Assembly: GCA_030324005.1 (NCBI GenBank)
Contig: JARDVH010000001.1
Coordinates: forward strand, 36,417,929-36,481,928
DNA: 64,000 bases
Reading direction: 5' to 3'
Source of the DNA: Negaprion brevirostris
Lineage: Eukaryota
In this document: positions 25,301-38,140 of the stretch, in pieces
Position numbering within the stretch: the stretch's first letter is position 1
Layout: every line of letters begins with the position of its first letter
Made by a program: the position numbers and the translations under genes
The notes under the pieces: generated by a model
Databases searched by the model: none
What the model was told of the DNA's origin: nothing
Seen by the model: the letters and a program-made list of their open reading frames with translations, nothing else

Positions 25301-26402
25301 AAGGTCCCACATTGGGGGTTAATCAAATTAGAGTGTATGGGTTTAGAGGAAATGTATTAATATGAACTGGGAATTGGTTAACAACTAGTAACAGCAAGGA
25401 TCAGTGCTGGGGCCACGGCTGTTCACAATCAGTATCAATGATTTGGATGTGGAAATCAATTGTAATATTTCCAAATTTGCTGATGACACCAAACTGGGTG
25501 AGTAAGTAAATTGTGAGGAGGTTGCAAGGGGGCTTCAATAGGAGTCAGCAGGCAAAGTGAATAGACTAGGACATGGCAGATGGAATTTAATGTAAATAAG
25601 CGTGAAAGTTATTCACTTTGTTAAAAAAAACAGAAAAGCAGAACATTTCTTCGATTTTGATTTGATTTGATTTCTTATTGTCACATGTACTAAAATACAA
25701 TCCTGGACAGGAGTGTAAGTAATAGGGTAATTGTATGGGGGACTTTAACTTTACTAATATTGATTGGAATAGCTATAGCTCTAGCTCATTAGAGGGGTCA
25801 GTTTTTGCACNNNNNNNNNNNNNNNNNNNNNNNNNNNNNNNNNNNNNNNNNNNNNNNNNNNNNNNNNNNNNNNNNNNNNNNNNNNNNNNNNNNNNNNNNN
25901 NNNNNNNNNNATATACTTGCCATAGAAAGAGTGCAACAAAGGTTCACCAGATTAATCCCTGAGATACAATATTGTCTTCTGAGGAGAAATTGAGGTGCCT
26001 GGGTCTAGATTCTCTTGAGTTTCAAAGAATGAGGTATATCCTCATTGAAACTTACAAAATTCCTACAGGGGATAACAGGATGGATGTATGTAGGATGTTT
26101 TCCCTGACCGGTGAATCTAAAACCAGGGGGACATAATCCCAAGATAAGGCAGGCGATTTAAGACTGAGAGGAGAGGGATTTCTTCACTCAGAGGGTGTAA
26201 GTCTCTACCCTACAGCACTGTAGAAGCTCAGTCATTGGGCATGTTTAAGACAGAAGTCGATAGATTTCTAGAGACTAATGACATCAAGGAATATGGATAA
26301 AGCACAGGAAAGTGGTGTTGAGAAAGATAATCAGCCATAATCTAATTGAATGACTGAACAAACTGGATGGGCTGAATGCCTACTCCTGTTCTGTTGTTCC
26401 TA
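22340..26402 (+). mobile_element. Near full-length decayed CR1 LINE (ORF1 zinc finger and SGNH esterase; ORF2 endonuclease/RT) with nested insertions
   Basis: ECMFCNMWE...YSCRNC zinc finger, esterase-like RMVICLP / IHFGTN / DGLHL remnants, RT motifs HGFKKGKSCLINL, VYLDFQ.AF.KVPH and KFADDTKLG, and a CR1 tail at about 26400. Confidence 0.85.
23466..23762 (-). mobile_element. HE1-like V-SINE (CR1-type tail) nested in CR1
   Basis: Same head, central domain and tail as 9417-9730, in reverse orientation. Confidence 0.9.
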
Positions 26403-26954
26403 TTATACTGCAGAATATATTTCCCACATTTGAATAGTGACATGGTGCTTCAGCACATCTCTGCCTGTCCGCACCGTTGACTAAAATTCCTGGTAGCTGC
26501 CTGCCCTGAAAGCAAAAGTTCAATCTTGGTCCTCTGCTCGCAGGTTAAGTTGGTATATAATAGTAGGAAAACAATCTGGACTCGGTCCTTGAATCCCTTT
26601 GAAGAAATCGGTCTGGATATCCTTTTCCATGAAAGTAGTCATGAGGATTAAGTTGAAAGTCAGTGACAAGGGGATGATCAATTCCAGCTTTTGAATAAGA
26701 GAGTGAAGTGAGGGGTTAGGAGATGAAAGCACCGACCATTCAATCCCTGGAACTCACCCATCTGTATCGACACAGTTGGGATGCTCACTCAGCAGAGGAC
26801 AACACGTTGCATTGCTTGTCCATCACTAAAGGCAGTGACAGCACCAGCTAAATAATTTAAAATAGTCAGGAATTTCCTTCCACCAAGCAATCAATCTCAC
26901 AATTATGAGGACCAGAAAGTATTTCTAAACATAATTAAGAGTGGAGCAGGAAAA

Positions 26955-28100
26955 GTCTAATAGGAACAGGAGGAGGTCTTTCAGCCTTTCAAGCCTGTTC
27001 TGTCACTCAGTAAGATAATGGCTGATTTGTGGCCTAACTCCAAACCCTCCGTTGTCTCATACTCTTTAATGTCTTCCAACTGCAAAACGCTATCAACTCA
27101 GTTTTAAAATTAATAAACGATCTTGAATCAATCATCATTATGGATGAGAGTTCTAACCTTCTAAGATGTGTTTCCTAATCACTTCTGAATGTCCAGTTCT
27201 AATTTTTAAACCACATTCCCCCTCCCCCACTTAGTTATAAGTCATAAGATGTAGGAGCAAAAGTAAGCAATTCAGCTTTCAATAGCAGGAATAGTTTCTC
27301 CCAATCTACCTGATCTACTCCCCTTAATACCTTAAAATCTTTGATCAATTCACCCTTTAATCTTTTAAATTTCATGGAATACAACACTAGTTTGTTGATC
27401 AGTCCTTGTAGCTTTACCCTTTGAATCTAGGTATCAGTTTGGTGAATCTATGCTGCACCCCCTCCAGTACACCCTTCCTAAGTTGTGGTATCCAGAACTG
27501 CTCACAACACTTCAGGTACAGTGAAACGGGAAATTTGTATTGCAGAATTATGACTTCCATCTCCTTTATATCTAGTCTTCCAGATATAAAGGTAAGCATT
27601 TAGAACAGCAAACAGTACAGCACAGAAGTAGGCCCTTCGGCCCACCAAGTCTGTGTCAACACAGATGTCACCCAGATCTAATGTTCTCCTGCCTCTACAT
27701 GGTCCATATCCCTCTATTCCCTGCCTATTCATGTATCTATCCAGATGCCTCTTGAACGTTGTCACAGAATCTGCTTCCACCACCTCCTCCAGCAGTGCAT
27801 TCCGGGCATTCACCACCCTCTGTGTGAAAACCTTGCCCCTTACGTCTCTTTTGAACTTTCCCTCTCTCACTTTCAACCTATACCTGAGTAATTGACCCTT
27901 CAACCCTGGGAAAAAGACTCTGACTATCCATTCTATCCAAGTCTGTCATAATCTTGTAAACCGCTATCAGCTCCCCCTTCACCTCTGGTGTGCCAATGAA
28001 AACAATCCAAGTTTTTTCAGCCTTTCTTCATAGTCCATATTCTTCAAATGAGGCAACATCCTAGTAAATTTCTTGTGCACCCTTTCCAACGCATCAACAT
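26955..28100 (-). mobile_element. Two CR1-like 3' fragments (older 26955-27600, younger 27601-28100)
   Basis: Minus-strand ORFs ...CCEQFWIPQLRKGVLEGVQHRFTKLIP and LKVREGKFKRDVRGKVFTQRVVN...FKRHLDRYM. Confidence 0.85.
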
Positions 28101-28559
28101 CATCTGTTGAGGGAAGGAGGGGGAAAGCCTTAGGGGCTCCTGCACTGACTGCCTACTGTTTGTGATTTTCACCCATTTATCTTCCTCAGCCTTGGGTGCA
28201 ATCACCTTCCTGAAACTTCTGTCTATGCTGCCCTCCACCATATGCATGCTCCTATGTGCATACACCTGGCATTCAGTTGATCTAAGTGATCTATTAGGAC
28301 CCTCATTTGTACACACTTCCTGCAAATATAGTCATTGATTAGCCATTGTGGAGAAAATGATGGATGATTCTGGAGATCCTAAGTCTGACACTCGAACACA
28401 GTGCTCTCTATTTTTGTGAGGTTGGGACTGTCGTTGGGCCAGTGTTCGCAAATGCCATTTAATTCATTAGCTGCCTCCACAGAAGTGGGATTTTGGTAGG
28501 CCAGGAGTGTGAAGCCCAGATTATGTAGAAGTGCTGGATTAATTTGGATAGCCAAAGTA

Positions 28560-29180
28560 CCTCTATGGAGATTGTTAAAAGTAAACATGATTGTATGTAT
28601 AAAGTGCATTGGAACTGTCAACCTGTCAAAGAAATGTCAAAGCCATCAAAGAATTGTCAAAAACTGTAAAAGGGTATCAGGTGAGTTGGCATGGAGGAAA
28701 AAAGGCCAAAGGATAATGTGTGGGGTCATCAATTGACATGGGATAGCACAAAGTTGGCAATGGCTATAAAGAGCCATGGGAATGTGAGCGGGGGGTGGGG
28801 GGTGTCATAGGCATTTGAAGGCTATGGGGGTGATTGGAGGGGTATGTGTTTGTGTATGAAGTATGAGGGGCCATGGTGGTCATGAGATGATATAGGCATG
28901 GAGAGTATAGGGGAAGTGAGGGAATAAGGGGATAACAGGTTGGGGCTGGAAGGCTGTTTCCTGTTTCAATCTTTTTTCTATTTAATTCAACAATGTGCTG
29001 GAGAACACAGGCAGGCCTTTCATCCAGCCTGTCTCTACATCCAGCAGCCTCCACATCTGTTCCAGAGGCCAGGGTCTGACTTTCAATCCAGCTTCTCCAC
29101 ACCCTGGAACAAAAGTCAAAATGGCGGGCAGGAATTCTCCTGAAGCTGCACATTTGTCCTGGGAGTGAAAATCTGGGCCT
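28560..29180. mobile_element. Probable non-autonomous Harbinger-type DNA transposon remnant
   Basis: G-rich interior ending ...gtgaaaatctgggcc. A reverse-oriented relative starts gggccagattttca at 35688. Confidence 0.4.
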
Positions 29181-29474
29181 TTCTTTCCTGAGGCCATTTG
29201 CCACCAATCACATGGTGTGAGACTGGACTAACAGGCAGGCAAGAATAGATAAGAATGGAAGACGTGATTTCCTTGAAATACATTAGGAAGCCAGTTTTTT
29301 TAAAATGACGGAACAACTCCTCTCACACTCATTTTATGGTATTAGCTCACCCAATTTCTTCTAAAATCACCAAGTCCATTTACGTCCACTCATCTCTTTC
29401 TCGACTCAGCTTCTCTGCTGCTGAAAGTCTCCTCCATGCCTTTGTTCCTTTGATACATGGCCATACACATGCTA

Positions 29475-29840
29475 GGGGGAGGCGATGGCCTGGCGATATT
29501 ATCACTGGACTATTAATCCAGAAACTCAGCTAATATACTGGGGACACCGGTTCGAATCCCACCACGGCAGGTGGTGGAATTTGAATTCAGTAAAAAATAC
29601 CTTGAATTAAGAACCTACAAATGAGCATGAAAGCATTTTCAATTGTCATAAAAACGCATCTGGTTCACTGATGTCCTTTAGGGAAGGAAATCTGTTGTCC
29701 TTGCCTGGTCTGGCCTACATATGACTCCAGAGCCACGGCAATGTGGTTGGTTCTCAACTGCCCTCTGAACAAGGACAACCAGGAGTGGGTAATAAATGCC
29801 GGCCAGCCAGTGGTGCCCAAGTCCCATCAATGAACTTTTA
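29475..29840 (+). mobile_element. tRNA-derived SINE, second family
   Basis: B box ggttcgaatccc, core catctggttcactgatgtcctttagggaaggaaatctg, tail gggtaataaatgcc. Other copies at 53305-53615 (+) and 58415-58615 (-). Confidence 0.8.
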
Positions 29841-30165
29841 AAGATTCCAATACTCTTCTGGCCAGCCTTCCATTTTGCACCTTCTATAAACTTGATTATC
29901 CAGGTTCTGCTGCCAGTGTGCTAATTCACACCAAGTCCTGTTCATATATCACCCCGTGCTCATGACTTTTCCACCCAGTCCAATAAAGTTTCAATTTTAA
30001 AATTCTCATCCTTGGTTTCAGATCTCTCCATGGCCTTGTCCATCCCTATTTCTATCATTTCAGCCAGCTTTGTAACCCACTGAGACACCTCCATTCCTCA
30101 AATTCTGGCCTCTTCTGAATCCCTGATTTTCATTGCTCGACCACCATTCATCATGCTTTCAGCCA

Positions 30166-30497
30166 GAATCCACAGAATCATAGAATCCCTACAGGACAGA
30201 AGGAGGCCAATCAGTCCAACGAGTCTGTACCAACAACAATCCCGCCCAAGCCCTATTCCCATAACCCTCATTTACCCTGCTCATCCCCCTGACACTAGGG
30301 TCAATTTAGTATGGCCGATCAACCTAACCACACATCTTTGGACTGTGGGAGAAAACTGGAGCACCCGGAGGAAACCCACACAGACACAGGGAGAATGTGC
30401 AAACTCTGCACAGATAGTGACCCGAGGCTGGAATTGAACTTGGATCCCTGGCACTGTGAGGCAGCAGTGCTAACTGGCACTGTGCCACTATGCCACC
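30166..30497 (-). mobile_element. HE1-like V-SINE (CR1-type tail)
   Basis: (agaatcat)n tail and full body. Confidence 0.9.
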
Positions 30498-31005
30498 CAA
30501 AACTTCCTGGGCCGTAAGCTGTGAAATTCCCTTTGCAAACCTCTCCGATTTGCCACCTCTCTCTCTTTAAAACATTGCCGAAGAACAATTGATTTGACCA
30601 AGCTTTTGGTCATCTATCTTAATATCTCCTTATGACGCTTGGTGTTAAATTATATTCGGTAACATTCCTGTGACACGCCTTGGACATTTTACAATCTTAA
30701 TTCAGTCAGGTTGCCATGGTGGGATTTAGCCTCACGAGCCTTACATTGCCAGTACAAGTGCCATAACCATGAGGTTAACAGTCCCATCAATATTCCAATA
30801 AGTATTTACTGATTTCAAAAGGTAAACAAATTAAATTCCAAAATATATATGTATCCATCACTACTGTCCTCCAGCAACAACAGCCACCTGATTCCCAACC
30901 CTGACCCTTGTGGAACATTTTGTCCAAATTTCAAACAAATCTATTTCACAGACATCAGTCATTCTCAACAATACTGTTTGCAACATAATAATTTCTCAAG
31001 TCATA

Positions 31006-31131
31006 GGGTAGGATTTTCCAGCCGTGCTCACCCTGAAACTGGAAAATCCCATCCAAGGTCAATGGACCATTCTGTGGTCTACGCTCGCCCGCTCCATTTC
31101 CCGTGATGGGCAGGATGGTAAAATTCATCCC
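31006..31131. mobile_element. ~125-bp MITE-like element
   Basis: Terminal inverted repeats gggtaggattttcca / tggtaaaattcatccc. Relatives at 637-760, 17188-17303, 37433-37552 and 61718-61843. Confidence 0.6.
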
Positions 31132-32212
31132 AGACTATCATACAGCACACAACCAAATCCTTCGGACCAGCATGTCTATGCCAACTATCAAATACCAACC
31201 TATACTAATTGTTCTCACTTCTTTTTTACAACAAAGGAATATTTTTTTAAAAAAGTTTTCTAACGGTATTCTTGTCATTGCGACACATTTGCTGCACAGA
31301 ACCCAGAGATGGTGTGTGCCAGAGAGTGCTTAAGCAGAATATGAGGTGCTTCTGAAGTGCGTCTAATGTCTGGTGTAAATCTTGCACTGCAATGAAAAAT
31401 GACTGCGGTATAACTTCACTAGTGTAATCATTCTTAGGACAGACAACTAAGAACATTCTCACTCTGATCTGGAAAGCAATTAAAATTAAATCAATCCAGA
31501 AGGCACGCAATGATTAAATTATTGCCAAAGTGAATTTGCGAAACATTTTCCTCATTTGGAAAGATATTGCAATAAATACAGAATAACAATTTGATATCCA
31601 AAAGGTCAGATGACAAGATGAAAATATTTGCACAATAATAAGTGCAACATCAAAGGCATCAAGAAAGAAATAACTTGCTTATTCAGTTCTTTGGAGCTTC
31701 ATTTTATGTCCAAAAATCTATTGCGACGACTGAAAATACCTATTAGACAATTCAGTTTTCAAACAAACAACCCTGAAGGAACAGTATGCTCTATTTTCAC
31801 TCCTGGAAATACTCATTTAATTCTAGCTATTTCTGGCACCATGAATCATTTAAAGTTATTGCATAATTTGATTAGTACAAATAAAGGTTTGTTGACATAC
31901 CAGTTACATGCTGGTCTGGCCCAATTACTTTGGGACCTAGTACTGTCTATTCAGTTAATGAGTAGAAAATCAAATCTCATTCAGAATGTTATCACCTTGT
32001 TATGGCCATTGGAATCAAGTTCAAATAAGAAAGGAGGGATACTGGAATTTGGTGGGTCTTCTTGTTCTGTAATTCTGGCCAGAGTGGAGGGAAAGTTGTA
32101 ATNNNNNNNNNNNNNNNNNNNNNNNNNNNNNNNNNNNNNNNNNNNNNNNNNNNNNNNNNNNNNNNNNNNNNNNNNNNNNNNNNNNNNNNNNNNNNNNNNN
32201 NNNNNNNNNNNN

Positions 32213-32398
32213 ACACGAAGGGGCAATTTAGCATGGCCAATCCACCCGACCGCATGCACATCTTTGGACTGGTGGTGGAAACCCACACAGACATGGGGAG
32301 AACATGTAAGCTCTACACAGACAGTGACTCGAGGCCGAAATTGAACCTGGATCCCTGGCACTGTGAAGCAGCAGTGCTAACCGTTGTGCTATTATGCC
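32213..32398 (-). mobile_element. HE1-like V-SINE (tail in gap)
   Basis: Head and central domain match the other copies. Confidence 0.85.
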
Positions 32399-32404
32399 AA
32401 ATGA

Positions 32405-32822
32405 AAAAGACTTGCATTTATTTGACACTTGTCGTGACTTCAGGCTATCCCAAAGCACTTTACAGCCAATGAAGTAATTATGAAGTATTGTAATATTGGA
32501 AACATGGCAGCCAATTTGCAGACAACAAGATCCCATAAACAAAAATGTGCTATTGACCAATTAATTTGCCTTTGTGATGTTAACTGAGGGATAAATATTG
32601 GCCAAGGCACTGGGGACACCTCCCTGGTCTTCTTTAAAATAGAGCCAAAGGATCAGTTACATCTGCCTGAGAGGCCTCAGTTTTTTGCTCATCTGAGAGA
32701 TGGCACCTCTGACAGTGTGGCACTCCACACCAGGGTTTTATATTCAACTTCTGGAAGGGGTGGTTCAAACCCACAAATCTCCTGACTTAGAGATGAGAGT
32801 GCTGTCAACTGAGCCATGGCTG
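32405..32822 (-). mobile_element. SacSINE1/DeuSINE-like element
   Basis: gagggataaatattggcc...catctgagagatggcacctctgacagtg...aacccacaa...actgagcca, with tail cttgcattta. A plus-strand copy is at 61600-62372. Confidence 0.7.
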
Positions 32823-33305
32823 GCACACAAAATATCTGAAAATGGTCATTAAATACATGTTCAGAATATGTAATATTTTAATCATTTTAGTTCAGCTTTA
32901 TATCATAGTTAAGAGAAAAAATATTGACAGGTACACTACTGTTGTTTTAAAAATCCCATTAACCTTCACCTTCTAACAGATCTCCACTACTAAGGCCTAT
33001 TGACACCCTTCCCGTTCCACTCTGTCCACAATATAAAGTGGTCAGATCATACATATCTCCATAGTCAATATCAGTCATTATACTGACATCTGAGAAAGGC
33101 GACTGCATGCAGCAGAGTAAACTCTCCAGTTTGTCGTTCCCTTGTAATAGTGCGAAGATGGTGAACATTCCTTTATCTGGTCCCCCAAAACTTATTCACT
33201 AAACCAAGCCTCAGACTTGGGAGAATAATAATTTGCTGGTTAACAAAAAGTACTCAGACTCAGGAGACCTGGTTGTTAAAACTGAACTCGACCTTTGAAG
33301 TTTAT

Positions 33306-33685
33306 GTTCATTTATTGGCGTCACAAGTAAGGCTTACATTAACACTTCAATGAAGTTACTGTGAAAATCCCCTANNNNNNNNNNNNNNNNNNNNNNNNNN
33401 NNNNNNNNNNNNNNNNNNNNNNNNNNNNNNNNNNNNNNNNNNNNNNNNNNNNNNNNNNNNNNNNNNNNNNNNNNCACCACACTCCGGCACCTTTTTGAGG
33501 ACATTGAGGGAGAATTTAACATGGCCAATGCACCTAACTAGCACGTTGCTCAGACTGTGGGAGGAAACCGGAGACCCCCGGAGGAGACCCATGCAAACAC
33601 GGGGAGAACGCACAGTGACCCAAGCCAGAATTGAACCCAGGTTCCTGGTGCTGTCAGTCAGCTAACCACTATGCCACTGTGCAGC
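33306..33685 (-). mobile_element. V-SINE with alternative tail (type B)
   Basis: Same head as HE1 but tail ...ttttcacagtaacttcattg...aatgtaagcc.acttgtgac. Confidence 0.85.
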
Positions 33686-33989
33686 ATCCTACACCATCCG
33701 CAGCTTCTTGGCAAGATCTCTAAGAAACATACACCATAAAGTTAACATTGTTCTCATTTTTGTTTTGGAAAGCTCTTGCAGAAAAAGAAAGTCCTTCTTG
33801 AGCAGATAGACAACTACATTCAATGCAATACGTCAGCCTGAAAAAACATTTACAGGGCTGAATAACAAAATAAACTGACAGAGAAAGAAATATACTTCAC
33901 TTATACATAACATTTTTGCAAGATTTTGAAAAGACTAAAGGATTGAAAAAAAACTTAAAAGTAGAACTAGACAAAGTGTTAATACTAAC

Positions 33990-34055
33990 GACCTGCATAT
34001 TGCTGCACTCAAGAGTNNNNNNNNNNNNNNNNNNNNNNNNNNNNNNNNNNNNNNN
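33990..34055 (-). CDS. CELF4: CELF4 coding exon (AQSP...GVQQYAG), mostly hidden in the N gap
   Basis: Visible 3' part reads GTG CAG CAA TAT GCA GGT C|gttagt (VQQYAG). A polypyrimidine tract (cttttttctctttg) lies at the far edge of the 34017-34066 gap. The 5' boundary is estimated from the expected ~66-nt exon length. Confidence 0.8.
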
Positions 34056-34384
34056 NNNNNNNNNNNCAAAGAGAAAAAAGATTAATAATCCATTGCATTG
34101 TTAAGTTTCACATAGCTGATGAATGCAGTGTAGTTATCATTACAAAATGTAAAAGCTGTCTGTGTTAGGATATTGGGCTGTATCCCAATATGGCGAGACT
34201 GCAGCTCATAACAAAACCTCTGTCTATGCTTTTCCCATTCACTTACTTGGTTTGGAGTCTCTTTGTAAGCATTTACATCCACAGTTAACTTTCTCTGACA
34301 GATGGAGAGAATCGCTGCTCTTTAAGCATTTTATGTTTATAGAGTGCACAGGTGATGCCAAAAGACAACACAAGCATTTAATGT

Positions 34385-34585
34385 TTAGAGTCATGAAATC
34401 ATAGAGGCTTACAGCATGGAAACAGGCCCTTCGGCCCAACTTGTCCATGCTGCTTTTTTTTTAAACCCCTAGGCTAATCCCAATTGCTTGCATTTGGCCC
34501 ATATCCCTCTATACTCATCGTACCCATGTAACGATCTGAATGCTTTTTAAAAGATAAAATTGTACCCGCCTCCACCACTACCTCT
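34385..34585 (-). mobile_element. CR1-like 3' tail fragment
   Basis: catagaggcttacagcatggaaacaggcccttcggcccaac. Confidence 0.75.
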
Positions 34586-36450
34586 GACGTAAGATTTCAT
34601 TTTACATTTCATTCAGTGTAAAATTGAAGAGGTGTGAGGCTTCAGGCTCGGAAGTATTTTCACTCTACTTCACACTACAAGTCAGGTCAGACCCCCCCCA
34701 GCTCCACATTAACACAGAAGCTGCTTTGTGGAACTAGCAGNNNNNNNNNNCTGAAACAATGTTGAGCTTCATGAGTATCCAATGTCTAGTTGACCAAAAC
34801 TAAGCTTATAGCGGCCCTAAAATCATTAGGATCAGAACCCTGGCAAGTGTGTCCACAACAGACTGGTGGTGCTCCAGTTGCATGGTTGGAGACAGTAAAT
34901 AATTTGCACTGGCCTGGTTGGTGCAGAACATCTCAGATGTTACCCCACCCAAAGCAGTCGGGGAGTTTAGTGAAAGGGAAGAGGTGAATGTCTGATTCCT
35001 TGCCCTCTTGTTCACCTTTATGTGGCCCCACTCGCAAGAGGGCTGCATTGAAGTATAAACCAAAACGGAGTTCCAGATCTCAAAGGATGCAGGATGCTTC
35101 CCTGCCCTGGACCCCTGAGGTGAGCTCACTTTCCACTGGTGAGCAGCTGTTATCCATCTTGCTGGAGTTACTGGCCACCACATGAAAACTGGGTTACCCA
35201 AAACCAAGGGTACATCCAACCTAGAGTCCCTGTTCTCTCTGTCATGAGATCCATGTTTTGTGTGGCTCTGGGTCCTGGTTAATGTGTTTGTAGCAGAAAA
35301 CCCATGCAGAATTGATGGCCTTACCTTCCAAAGGCACGTTCAGATCATATAGAGGGACCAGTAAAACACAAATTCTGATACATATATGAAACAAAAATCC
35401 AGCCACAAACATCCCAGATCTTTCTGGTGTTTGGTATATTTTCCATCTCCTTGGCTTTCAAAAACAGTTAGTCACTATTAACCTGTGGGTAAAGCGGCAG
35501 AGCTGGAGGGGGAGTGGTGGGCAGGAGGGGCAGCAGATATTCTAGGGATACTTTTGGAGAAAAAAGTCTTTCTCCAGTCATTAATGCATATCAATAACAA
35601 CAACTTGCATTTATATAGAACCGTAACTGCAGTATAAAAACAATTCCCAAGGCACTTTCGTGACATTATTTAACATACTGACATTGAGGGCCAGATTTTC
35701 ATCCATGGGCTGAGTTGGGAGATTTCTCATCTCTGTCAAACCAACCTTTAGAAATGTCTGTCTTGTGTGATATTCTCCAATTCGGGGGTGCGGTTGAAAC
35801 AGGGGCAGGTGACCCCAGAAACAATGTGCAGTCTGCCAAGTGTGGAGTCTCTGTGCTCTGGAACCGTGTTTAAAAATATAAAAGATAATAATAAAAAGAA
35901 ACCTTCTCTCAGCTCTAACCCTGCACCACTCCTCATCCCACCACATGCTCTCTATGCCCAATCCATGCCAACCTCTGCCTACTCATGTCCCCACCACCAT
36001 TTGCCGTTACCATGCCAACTTAACCAGTAGCCCTGGACAGTTCCTTGACAGTTTTAACACTTCCTGGATAGCTTGCCTGACTTTCCATGAGAATCCATCG
36101 AGTTTTGAAATCCTCTTATCTATTCTAATCTGCACACTCTGGATTCCACAGTCCTGTTCTTCCAAAATCCCACTTTACTGGAAGTAGCTGATTATTTAAA
36201 TGGTCAACTGCCACAGCGAATTGCGAATATATGAATCCTGGCTCGAACTTTGTCCTGCCTCCATGATAATGGAAACTGCAGTGTTTTGAGGTGGGACTTA
36301 GGATTTTTGGCAATTTCTGGGATCTTCACCAGAATGAAGAGCTTCTCTATCATGACGAAATTCCATGCCTGAATCACACAAGTGACATTAGAACACATGT
36401 CCAAAAGCACAGCGACAGAGGTAGGGTTTGGAGGAGCATCTTTTTATGAT

Positions 36451-36642
36451 AGAATTATAGAATCCCTACAGTACAGATAGAGGCCATTTGACCCATTGAA
36501 TCTGTACTGACCATAATTCCATCCAGGCCCAATTTCTGCAACCCCGCTCATTTACCCTGCTAATTCCCTTGACACTAGCCGGGAATTGAATCCCGGGCAC
36601 TGTGGGGCAGCAGTGTTAACCACTGAGCCACTGCGCCGCCCC
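36451..36642 (-). mobile_element. Internally deleted HE1-like SINE (head joined to tail)
   Basis: The tail runs into the head at gacactag|ccgggaattgaa. The central domain is absent. Confidence 0.75.
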
Positions 36643-37845
36643 ACGGATCACTGGCTGGTCCAGTAAACTTTCCATCCCTGCCTGCCACAATTTCTGTTGC
36701 TTGTGGGACTGGAAAAGTCCTGGCCTTCGTCTCAATGGCTTTACAGAAAAGAGAGCTTCCAAATTTCCAAAAGCAACTCCTTATTTAGCAAGTCATGTGG
36801 AAAAGTGGCTAGATAGAGAAATAAAAATTGCCCCCTCCTATCTTTTGAGAACTCCAATATTTAACATCAATTTATTTGAAAATTATAGCATCTTCCCAAA
36901 CATACTTTACCTGTTCTCAGTTGCATTGTCTGCATCAAGAACATACTGCTAATCTGCATTCTTTACCAAAGTAATAGCAAATTAACGTAATTAATGAGAA
37001 AGACAGAAAAAAATACACAGAAGAAAACATTCTTCTCACTAATATCACTCTTGCATATGAAGATGGATTAGTTGAGAACCACATCTATAATTAAAGACAA
37101 TACAGCTTGATATGTTAATTAAACAGCGTGAATCCAGTTTGAGTAAAACTATTGCAGAATATAGGCAATTGCCCAGAACTTCATTAACCAAAGTTACTTA
37201 TTTAACCCTTCGAGTACTGCAGGTCGGTGAATGTATTGGTAAATGTGAACACTGCACGGATGATGTATGCAGCACATTTGTTCTTAGCTATTTCTTCCGT
37301 CTGTATTAAATAATTAAATTTTCAATGCCTTTCTTGCTTCCCCCTCATTTCTTTTCTTATCCATGAGAGGCTGATCATCTTCTGGCATCTCACTCGGGTG
37401 GCTCTCCTTTGTGAGGCTGGATTATCATGCTACTGAGCCAATTCAGCCTCACTCAAGCGAGGCTGGAAATTTTCGGTGAGGTCAATGGACATTTCTGCTG
37501 TACATCCCTCGCCTGTTCCGAATCCATGGTGGGCGAGACGATAGAATTCTGGCGTAAGTATCAGTACCAAGTTGGCTCACATCTGTACTTTCCATCTAGG
37601 GCCACCAGATGGCAACCAGGAGCAGAAACCCCCCGTTATTCCCTCTTCCCACCCCATAGTCCAGGCCAGTTGCAGAGCCCTGCTGCTACATAACTGAACA
37701 AGCAAATTTAGCACAGGCTGCCAGTTAATCATGAGGCTTTCTAACCTGCGTGACTCAAAATCATATTGAATGAGTACGCTTAACAACTGATCTCTGAATT
37801 ACTTTCAGCACCTTGCGGGACGCTGCACTCTTAAAAGTTTTAAAT

Positions 37846-38140
37846 TTAGTTATTAGTGTCACAAGTAGGCTTACATTAACACTGCAATGAAGTTACTGTG
37901 AAAATCCCACACAATCGCCACTCTCTGGCGCCTGTTCGGGTACACTGAGGGAGAATTTAGCATGGTCAATGCACTTAACCAGCATGTTTTCTGGATTGTG
38001 GGAGGAAACCGGAGCACCCGGAGGAAATCCACACAGACACAGGGAGAATGTGCAAGCTCCACACAGATAGTGACCCAAGCTGGGAATCGAACCAGGATCC
38101 TCTGGCACTGTGAGGCAGCAGCGCTAACCACTGTGCTACC
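37846..38140 (-). mobile_element. V-SINE, tail type B
   Basis: Full-length copy. Confidence 0.9.

Larger units (their letters stand above)
29340..30690 (+). mobile_element. L2-like LINE 3' part with two nested SINEs
   Basis: LSFSAAESLLHAFV and later L2-type remnants (ttctgctgcc...caccaagtcc...atcacccc, ttttaaaattctcatcctt). Confidence 0.65.

Noticed and set aside
31628-32101. 157-aa plus-strand ORF and other long ORFs (38839, 47757, 51529)
   Set aside because: No recognisable homology. They overlap repeats or gaps or lack exon structure, as expected for chance ORFs in intronic DNA.
34009-34016. Apparent in-frame TGA in the CELF4 exon next to the gap
   Set aside because: It lies in the last bases before an N run and forms a small fold-back (actc-aa-gagt). 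It is most likely a contig-edge artefact, since the other exons are intact. Not evidence of a pseudogene.
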